Source of the DNA: a virus
Lineage: Duplodnaviria > Caudoviricetes
Reading direction: 5' to 3' (one strand)
IMG/VR virus record: IMGVR_UViG_3300019765_000017
Span: 1-27,885 of that record
DNA: 27,885 nucleotides
Below the pieces are notes generated by a model, which saw only the letters and a list, made by a program, of their open reading frames with translations, made no database searches and had not been told where the DNA came from. A program made the position numbers and the translations under genes. This document shows positions 8,027 through 13,333 of the stretch, piece by piece. Each line of letters starts with the position of its first letter. The first letter of the stretch is position 1.

Positions 8027-8057
8027 TTCTCAATAAGACCGTTGTTATTGAGAATGA

Positions 8058-8139
8058 TGTGCCACTTTCTGAACTGTCTACTGGGTATTGACACTGCTGC
8101 TCCCTCGTCTTATATTTGGCACAAGTTCAAACCACACCC
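8058..8139 (+). promoter_or_regulatory. early promoter module TGTGCCA-N10-TGTCTAC, TTGACA-17-TATATT, leader ..AGTTCAAACCACACCC
   Basis: TTGACA 8088-8093; TATATT 8111-8116. Confidence 0.85.
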
Positions 8140-8277
8140 ATGAACGACTTCGACACCATTGACACTGATCTCTGGCATGAGATCATGGACATGCCTGGTG
8201 AGATCTTTGACATTCCCGAAATGCAGGATCATGTGCTAGACTTCAACCAAGCACTCAACTCCGATGAGGACTTCTGA
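8140..8277 (+). CDS. small acidic protein, 45 aa (MNDFDTIDTDLWHEIMDMPGEIFDIPEMQDHVLDFNQALNSDEDF)
   Basis: Read manually. ATG follows the conserved leader; TGATG coupling to the next gene. Confidence 0.75.
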   Translation: MNDFDTIDTDLWHEIMDMPGEIFDIPEMQDHVLDFNQALNSDEDF

Positions 8278-8486
8278 TGCAATTCCAAGTCACCTACATT
8301 GATTTTGATTTCAGTTCTGATGATCCTACCTGGGGTGATGTAGATCCTGATTATCAAAAGGAAGTCACAGAGGAAACCATTGGTCAAATCTGGGAGGCAG
8401 ACGATGAGGATGATCTAATTGAAGAGATCACATGTGCATCAGGTTGGTGCATCAATTCCATTGACTATCGTATCATTCTCAACTGA
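8277..8486 (+). CDS. acidic hypothetical early protein
   Basis: ORF track; translationally coupled to the upstream gene. Confidence 0.8.
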   Translation: MQFQVTYIDFDFSSDDPTWGDVDPDYQKEVTEETIGQIWEADDEDDLIEEITCASGWCINSIDYRIILN

Positions 8487-8496
8487 AATCACTAAC

Positions 8497-8700
8497 ATGA
8501 CCAACGAGCAACTTGCCCAATTCAAGTCTAACTATGCCGAGATGATTATCGAAGGCATGGATTACAAAACCATGGAAGCAATGGTCTACGATGTTATCAT
8601 GGAATCGTTTGAACTTTTCACCGAAGATGAGATGAAAGAGGAAGTTTTGAACCATTACGATGAGGAGATCCTGGCAGGTGTTATCGGTGGAAATCTGTAG
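8497..8700 (+). CDS. acidic hypothetical early protein (MTNEQLAQFKSNYAEMIIEGMD...)
   Basis: ORF track 8419..8700; ATG at 8497. Confidence 0.8.
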   Translation: MTNEQLAQFKSNYAEMIIEGMDYKTMEAMVYDVIMESFELFTEDEMKEEVLNHYDEEILAGVIGGNL

Positions 8701-8777
8701 ACAGTTGGACTAGTGGCACAAGGCACTTGACACTCTCCACCATCTGTCCTATATTAAGCACAGTTCAAACCACACCC
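8697..8777 (+). promoter_or_regulatory. early promoter module GTAGACA-N10-TGGCACA, TTGACA-17-TATATT, leader ..AGTTCAAACCACACCC
   Basis: TTGACA 8727-8732; TATATT 8750-8755. Confidence 0.85.
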
Positions 8778-8999
8778 ATGAACGACACCATCATCGACTT
8801 CCGCAACGAAGCAATGCGTTTCATTGACGAAGGTCACGATCCCCGTCACATGCTGCTATGCTGTCTCAAGTACATGTCGCAGGATGACGTGGAGGACATG
8901 CTCAAGATGAATGAGTACATGAATCCTCCCGAACTTGACGAAGAGGATGACAGTTGGTACACTGACCCCAACAGCAAGGCATCCTACCACCACTACTGA
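8778..8999 (+). CDS. hypothetical early protein ending WYTDPNSKASYHHY
   Basis: ORF track 8727..8999; ATG follows the conserved leader. Confidence 0.8.
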   Translation: MNDTIIDFRNEAMRFIDEGHDPRHMLLCCLKYMSQDDVEDMLKMNEYMNPPELDEEDDSWYTDPNSKASYHHY

Positions 9000-9065
9000 T
9001 AGACTAAGTGGGGGTGAAGCATCCCACTCAAAACACTTCACTTTTCCTTTATCCCTTTTTTCATT

Positions 9066-9287
9066 ATGCAATTCGCAATCACTGGTTCCTCTGCTATTGA
9101 GAACATCTCTGTGGCAGACAACATCGCAACCATCACCTTCACTGGTGGTCGTTCCTACGATTACACTGTGAACGATGTCACTGCTTTTGTGACTTCCCTG
9201 GGTGATGTGATGACCAAGCAGGATTCTGTTGGTCGTTTCGTGAACAATGCTATCAAGACTGAAACCCTTCAAAAGGTTGCTGCCTGA
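9066..9287 (+). CDS. KTSC-domain-like small protein (putative nucleic-acid binding)
   Basis: SSAI..I......ITF.GG..Y.Y........SVGRFVN..IK pattern. Confidence 0.55.
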   Translation: MQFAITGSSAIENISVADNIATITFTGGRSYDYTVNDVTAFVTSLGDVMTKQDSVGRFVNNAIKTETLQKVAA

Positions 9288-9292
9288 TAGAA

Positions 9293-9388
9293 TCTAGTCG
9301 AGATGGGACAGTTCTCGTACTGTCCCTCTCAGGTCTCGACTAGATCATCCAAACCATTACAATGAATCTAGTCGAGACCACACAAACA
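9293..9388 (+). promoter_or_regulatory. early promoter module TGGGACA-N10-TGTCCCT, 30 nt, TACAAT (9358-9363), with three TCTCGACTAGA/TCTAGTCGAGA boxes
   Basis: Boxes at 9293, 9334 and 9367. The last two form an inverted repeat around the -10 box. Confidence 0.7.
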
Positions 9389-9574
9389 ATGAACACAATC
9401 AAAGTTAAACCAATCTCGTCGAAAGCAAAGAACAGATTTGCAAACCTCATGAACAAAAACGAGATTTGCATCATCGAACAACACCGAGATGGTATGATGT
9501 TCCTCACATCACAAAACAAGAGGAATCACTTCTGGGTTAGGGTTGACAACGATCCCCACTGGATGCTACACTGA
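9389..9574 (+). CDS. hypothetical early protein (VKPISSKAKNRFANLM...FWV...DPHW)
   Basis: ORF track 9362..9574; ATG 9389 follows an A/C-rich leader. Confidence 0.8.
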   Translation: MNTIKVKPISSKAKNRFANLMNKNEICIIEQHRDGMMFLTSQNKRNHFWVRVDNDPHWMLH

Positions 9575-9664
9575 TCATAAGAGGGAAGAGGTTTGCCCTC
9601 TCTTGCGTAAAGTTACCTTGCGAGTCCTGTAATCCATAAGTATAGCATAGTGGGTTGGTGAGTT

Positions 9665-9697
9665 AGGGTCTGGGGTGGTGCCCAGACCCTTTTTCTT
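9665..9697 (+). terminator. rho-independent terminator AGGGTCTGGG-GTGGTG-CCCAGACCCT-TTTTCTT
   Basis: Perfect 10-bp stem followed by a T-tract. Confidence 0.85.
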
Positions 9698-9785
9698 AGC
9701 ACATCGTAATAATTATTTTTTAACAGGAGCAGTGTCGATGTATTGTCGTCTGCAGGGATACCCCTCCCCTCTTCTGGTTTCATGT

Positions 9786-9923
9786 ATTGTAGAGGGTTCT
9801 AGGTGCTTGTGAGAGGGTTCTGTGCCAGTTCTAGAGGTGGCACAAGGGTGGTTGTGGTGCTTGGTCCCTGGGGTCCATCATTCCGTCAACGGCACACCAC
9901 TGCCGACCCACACCAACCACACC
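9786..9923. promoter_or_regulatory. TGTGCCA-N10-TGGCACA module (9821-9844) with a leftward TACAAT (9786-9791, 29 nt away) and a weak rightward -10
   Basis: Perfect palindromic half-sites; spacing matches the other copies. Confidence 0.6.
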
Positions 9924-10346
9924 ATGAACACCCCGTTCTTTAACCCTTCCCTCGATCAAGATCTTAATGCCGAACAGATCGCAAATCTTGATCGTATCTG
10001 TCAAGAAGTCACCTCCAAGTTCTTTAATCAGCATTATACTGAGGTGATCATGAACACTCTAAAGTATTGCCGTGGTCGCAATCGTCACACCACAGACTTT
10101 AGAGGTTTCAATTCTGTCTATTTTACAATCAAACGGTTCTGCAATTATGAGGATTATGTAACCTTCCGCAAGTATCTGCAAACCCTAAGTGCAGTGTATC
10201 GGTGGCACTTTGCATCCTTCCAACACTATTGTTACCGCAATTCTTTGCACGAACGCATCAAACTGGAAACGCATTGTGAGCACTGTGGTTCACTCTCTAA
10301 AGCACTGATTGATCGGTTGATTGAAGCAAACCTGTGGACGGTCTGA
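9924..10346 (+). CDS. hypothetical early protein (C-terminal HCEHC)
   Basis: ORF track 9822..10346; ATG follows the CCAACCACACC leader. Confidence 0.75.
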   Translation: MNTPFFNPSLDQDLNAEQIANLDRICQEVTSKFFNQHYTEVIMNTLKYCRGRNRHTTDFRGFNSVYFTIKRFCNYEDYVTFRKYLQTLSAVYRWHFASFQHYCYRNSLHERIKLETHCEHCGSLSKALIDRLIEANLWTV

Positions 10347-10415
10347 GAACTGTCCACTGGGGCAGGTGAATCGGTCGATCCTGCCCCATAATTACCTCAG
10401 TCGCAACCAACCACG
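10334..10415 (+). promoter_or_regulatory. early promoter module GTGGACG-N10-TGTCCAC, GGGGCAGG/CCTGCCCC hairpin, CATAAT (10387-10392)
   Basis: 29-nt spacing to the -10 box. Confidence 0.75.
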
Positions 10416-11081
10416 ATGCGAGTCACCTTCAACCCCAGCAGCAGCAACACCCAACTGGGTCCGATTCCTGCCAGCACCACCGAACCTAAGTCCTGCCCTT
10501 CCACCTGCCCACTCAAAGAGGTTTGCTATGCTAAGTTTCACTTTCAAGGTGCAAACTGGAGAAAAGTATCTGAAAAGGGCATGGAATGGGGTGAGTTCTT
10601 ATCCAAAGTCCGCAGAATTGCCCCAGGTGCTATTTGGAGGCACAATGTCTCAGGTGATCTTCCTGCAGACGCGGAGGGTAACATTAACCTCGAAGATCTT
10701 CGGGCACTATTGGTGGCAAACCGTAGACGCAAAGGTTACACCTACACCCATCACCTTTTGAATGATCACAACCTTGAAATTATCAAAGAAGCAAACAAAA
10801 ACGGATTCACTATTTCCGCATCTTGTGAATCTGTGGATGTGGCAGATTCTGTTATGACAAAGCACGGAATCCCTGCTGTTGCTGTTGTTCCCTCCACAGA
10901 ATCCCGTCGATTCTTTACAACAACCAACGGTCGCAAGGTTGTAGTTTGCCCTGCTAAAATTCATGACAATGTTAACTGTGCAACTTGCGGTATTTGTGCT
11001 AACCCCGACCGTACCTTTATTGTTGCTTTTCCTGCACACGGTACGGCAAAGAAAAAGACCGATGCCATTGTGACGGTCTGA
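10416..11081 (+). CDS. Cys-rich phage protein, GP88-like / radical-SAM-related putative Fe-S protein
   Basis: CPSTCPLKEVCYA (CX3CX5C), WRHNVSGD, YTYTH, CPA and CATCGIC motifs. Confidence 0.6.
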   Translation: MRVTFNPSSSNTQLGPIPASTTEPKSCPSTCPLKEVCYAKFHFQGANWRKVSEKGMEWGEFLSKVRRIAPGAIWRHNVSGDLPADAEGNINLEDLRALLVANRRRKGYTYTHHLLNDHNLEIIKEANKNGFTISASCESVDVADSVMTKHGIPAVAVVPSTESRRFFTTTNGRKVVVCPAKIHDNVNCATCGICANPDRTFIVAFPAHGTAKKKTDAIVTV

Positions 11082-11153
11082 GAGGTGGCACACGGGGGGC
11101 AGGCAACCTGCTCCCTTGGTGCTTATACTGTAGGAGTCAACCACACAGACACC
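11069..11153 (+). promoter_or_regulatory. early promoter module TGTGACG-N10-TGGCACA, GC hairpin, TATACT (11124-11129), leader GAGTCAACCACACAGACACC
   Basis: 31-nt spacing to the -10 box. Confidence 0.75.
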
Positions 11154-11450
11154 ATGTTCACCTCCATCACCGACCGCAAGTCCTTCGGGGCAACCTATCA
11201 GTGGGCAGTGCTCAGCACCCTCCCTATGGACTCTGACAAGTCCCGTCACGGTCTTGGACCTTCTGAGGTTAATCAGGCACTGGGGATGCCCAAAGAAGCA
11301 CGGACAACAGTCTCCCTGCTGCTCAAAGAGATGGCAAAGAAGGGACTGGTCGTGCGTTACGAATACCGTCTGGGTCGTCGCATTGTATCATACAAAAGGG
11401 TGATGCCCCTCCGCAAACGGGAGCACCTCGCACGATTCCTGGGAGTGTGA
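11154..11450 (+). CDS. putative winged-helix DNA-binding protein
   Basis: LGPSEVNQALGM..RTTVSLLLKEMAKKGLVVR followed by a beta-hairpin wing (MarR/ArsR-like). Start moved to ATG 11154. Confidence 0.6.
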   Translation: MFTSITDRKSFGATYQWAVLSTLPMDSDKSRHGLGPSEVNQALGMPKEARTTVSLLLKEMAKKGLVVRYEYRLGRRIVSYKRVMPLRKREHLARFLGV

Positions 11451-11534
11451 CAATCCGTTAAGATGCACAACGGGCACCCTGCGGTGCCCTCTCCACCCTC
11501 TATACTTTAAGAGTCAACCACAGGGAGAACCCCA
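11446..11534 (+). promoter_or_regulatory. early promoter module TGTGACA-N10-ATGCACA, GGGCACC/GGTGCCC hairpin, TATACT (11501-11506)
   Basis: 31-nt spacing; GAGTCAACCACAG leader. Confidence 0.7.
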
Positions 11535-11774
11535 ATGACCAACCCCACCACCGCCACCATCGACGTTCCCGCACTGCGGGAATTCATCCAGGAGAACCCT
11601 GGTTGCGATTGGGAGGATGCCTGCGACTGGGTTGAGCAGGTATCTGGTCAGACCGTTCCCGACCACCAATGGGGAACCATTGAGGAGGTTTGGGAGGAGG
11701 AGTCCAAGAACTGGGAACCGACCGATGATGAGATGATGAGTGCCTTCGGCACCAAGTGGCACGACGGTCTCTGA
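11535..11774 (+). CDS. acidic Trp-rich hypothetical early protein
   Basis: ORF track; follows a promoter module. Confidence 0.8.
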   Translation: MTNPTTATIDVPALREFIQENPGCDWEDACDWVEQVSGQTVPDHQWGTIEEVWEEESKNWEPTDDEMMSAFGTKWHDGL

Positions 11775-11994
11775 TCCTAGCACACTGGGGGGCACCTGCC
11801 CCCTTTTTTTAATGTTTTGTAACTGGGCATAGGTTCTACCTCCATCCTAGCACGCCAGGGGGTAGGGGGGGGGAACCTGTAACAAAACGTCACTGACACT
11901 GGGCTCTACCCCAATCCTAGCACTTTTTTAACCCCACCGTCAACCCCTTGTCACAAAACGTCACTGACAGTAAGTTCTACCTCCATCCTAGCAC
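11774..11994 (-). repeat. four-unit array with ~70-bp period, core (TTCTACCTCC)ATCCTAGCAC; reads as TGnTAGGAT extended -10 boxes on the minus strand
   Basis: ATCCTAGCAC at 11774, 11844, 11914 and 11985; ACAAAACGTCACTGACA at 11882 and 11953. Confidence 0.85.
11787..11810 (+). terminator. rho-independent terminator GGGGGC-ACCT-GCCCCC-T7
   Basis: GC stem and T-tract just after the stop codon. Confidence 0.8.
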
Positions 11995-12018
11995 ATCCCC
12001 CTCGCCCCCCCCCAAACA

Positions 12019-12120
12019 GTAGACAGTTTGATTAGTGGCACAATGCGGTTTAGACCGACCTCCTCCTCTCTCCCCCCCCGACTAATCCGTGCTACAATTA
12101 ACGCAGTTCACCACCACCCC
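12019..12120. promoter_or_regulatory. GTAGACA-N10-TGGCACA module; rightward TGC-TACAAT at 12093-12098 and leftward TAGGAT 28 nt away
   Basis: Direct inspection. Confidence 0.65.
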
Positions 12121-12276
12121 ATGGAAACCTTCCTGACACCCGATGAGATCCTGCAACTGGTCACCACTGGTGTTTGCACCCTGACCGATGACCTTATGAT
12201 CAGGATGACAGAATCCTATGAGGATTCTGAATGGTACAATGATCCTAACAACGTGATGAGTAAGCATCACTATTAA
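12121..12276 (+). CDS. small hypothetical early protein ending WYNDPNNVMSKHHY
   Basis: ORF track 12028..12276; ATG follows the AGTTCACCACCACCCC leader. Confidence 0.75.
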   Translation: METFLTPDEILQLVTTGVCTLTDDLMIRMTESYEDSEWYNDPNNVMSKHHY

Positions 12277-12367
12277 ACTCGACGATATAAACTCGACGAG
12301 ATGCGTGCATCATAAAACATACATCTCGTCGAGACATATCATATAACATATAACATATAACATATAA
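12277..12367. repeat. three (A/T)CTCGWCGA boxes (12277, 12291, 12324) followed by (CATATAA)x4 (12340-12367)
   Basis: Direct inspection. Confidence 0.8.
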
Positions 12368-12381
12368 AAGATTCTACCTTC

Positions 12382-12500
12382 AATCTAGCACACCACAAGA
12401 CCCACACGTAAGCATCATGTGACACTAAAAAACTGGCACAAGGGGCACCTGATGATCCCCACCTATGCCCTACACTTAACGAGTCGTCAACCACAAGACC
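12382..12500. promoter_or_regulatory. bidirectional module: TGTGACA-N9-TGGCACA (12418-12440) with -10 boxes 30 nt away on both sides (minus-strand TAGATT 12382-12387; plus-strand TACACT 12471-12476)
   Basis: Symmetric spacing, counted by hand. Confidence 0.65.
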
Positions 12501-12710
12501 TTGAAAAACTCCACCCCATTCTTTCTAGGTGTTTTTCTCACCTCTCTAGGTTTCATTGCCTGCCAGCACGTTCTAAACAAAGAGGCAAAATTACGTTGCC
12601 TTGAAACTCAAATTAACCACAAGATTGTGGAAGGTAGAACATTCCTAGGTGACACAACGATGTGTGTTCACAATGCCGAGATCACACTGCCTGTTGTATC
12701 CTATCGGTGA
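12501..12710 (+). CDS. small protein with an N-terminal hydrophobic segment (TTG start)
   Basis: ORF track. TTG directly follows the CAACCACAAGACC leader; FFLGVFLTSLGFIAC segment. Confidence 0.65.
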   Translation: MKNSTPFFLGVFLTSLGFIACQHVLNKEAKLRCLETQINHKIVEGRTFLGDTTMCVHNAEITLPVVSYR

Positions 12711-12723
12711 CACCTAAGGGGAT

Positions 12724-12800
12724 TCTCCCCTTTCTAGGGGGATTGTGTCGTTTTGTGTCTGTGGTTGGATTGCAGACACAATCCCCCCATAAAGGGGAGA
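12724..12800 (+). other. long intergenic hairpin whose loop contains the reverse complement of the shared leader
   Basis: Stems TCTCCCCTTT/AAAGGGGAGA and GGGGGATTGTGTC/GACACAATCCCCC; GTGTCTGTGGTTG at 12755-12767. Confidence 0.75.
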
Positions 12801-12840
12801 TCTATGGTAATGTATGGGAGTCGTCAACCACAGACACCTC

Positions 12841-13059
12841 ATGACCTACCGACCGATTCGCAGACATGCAACTGCGGAGGACTTTCAACAGTGGGAGGAC
12901 CGTGCCAAGAGCATGACCGATTCTGAACTCTGGTATGCTGCCAGGGACTGCCGTAAGGTGGAGGAACTCTGGAGGGGTCACGACCCCATGGTTGAGGGGT
13001 TCTACAGTGATCAGGCAGCAACCTATGGCACCGAACTTCGGAGACGTGCCAATCGGTAG
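12841..13059 (+). CDS. hypothetical early protein (MTYRPIRRHATAEDF...YSDQAATYGTELRRR)
   Basis: ORF track 12814..13059. ATG follows the CAACCACAGACACCTC leader; TGG-TAATGT -10 at 12808-12813. Confidence 0.8.
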   Translation: MTYRPIRRHATAEDFQQWEDRAKSMTDSELWYAARDCRKVEELWRGHDPMVEGFYSDQAATYGTELRRRANR

Positions 13060-13130
13060 GGTGTCCACTTGGGGGGTTTTCAGATCGACCCCCCCTCCTG
13101 TAGAATTCAGAAGTCAACCACAGACACCCC
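13045..13130 (+). promoter_or_regulatory. early promoter module CGTGCCA-N10-TGTCCAC, GGGGGGT/ACCCCCC hairpin, TAGAAT (13101-13106)
   Basis: 32-nt spacing. The last 36 nt are repeated exactly at 13363-13398. Confidence 0.75.
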
Positions 13131-13322
13131 ATGACCTTCCCCACCTTCCCTGAGATCCTCTGGAATTGCACCGACCCTGCCAATGGCACGATCCGTTGGT
13201 CCACTGCTTGCCAAGCAGCAAAGGATCACGGTCTATGGGATGACTTCCGCACAGACTATGGAACCACTGCCCACTTCGGACCCGTAGACACGGGGGAGTT
13301 CCTGGTCTGGTTAGGTTACTGA
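13131..13322 (+). CDS. hypothetical early protein
   Basis: ORF track; follows a promoter module. Confidence 0.8.
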   Translation: MTFPTFPEILWNCTDPANGTIRWSTACQAAKDHGLWDDFRTDYGTTAHFGPVDTGEFLVWLGY

Positions 13323-13333
13323 ATGTAACGATC

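Noticed and set aside
9575-9820. tRNA gene in the non-coding interval
   Set aside because: I could not find a cloverleaf or a TTCG T-loop motif here by eye; tRNAscan was not run.
11878-11895. NtcA site at TGTAACAAAACGTCAC
   Set aside because: It does not match GTA-N8-TAC; it gives GTA-N8-TCA.
11774-11994. CRISPR mini-array interpretation of the 70-bp repeats
   Set aside because: The invariant core is only 10-20 bp and not palindromic. The intervening sequences are partly repeated and low-complexity, there are no cas genes, and the core reads better as a minus-strand extended -10 box.
4880-13153. Alternate-frame plus ORFs 4880..5074, 5349..5582, 6609..6848, 7707..7898, 8935..9171, 10321..10761, 12419..12604, 12662..12844 and 12935..13153, and the upstream extension of 5081..5635
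   Set aside because: They overlap recognised genes or promoter modules, and their composition reflects frame-shifted codons.
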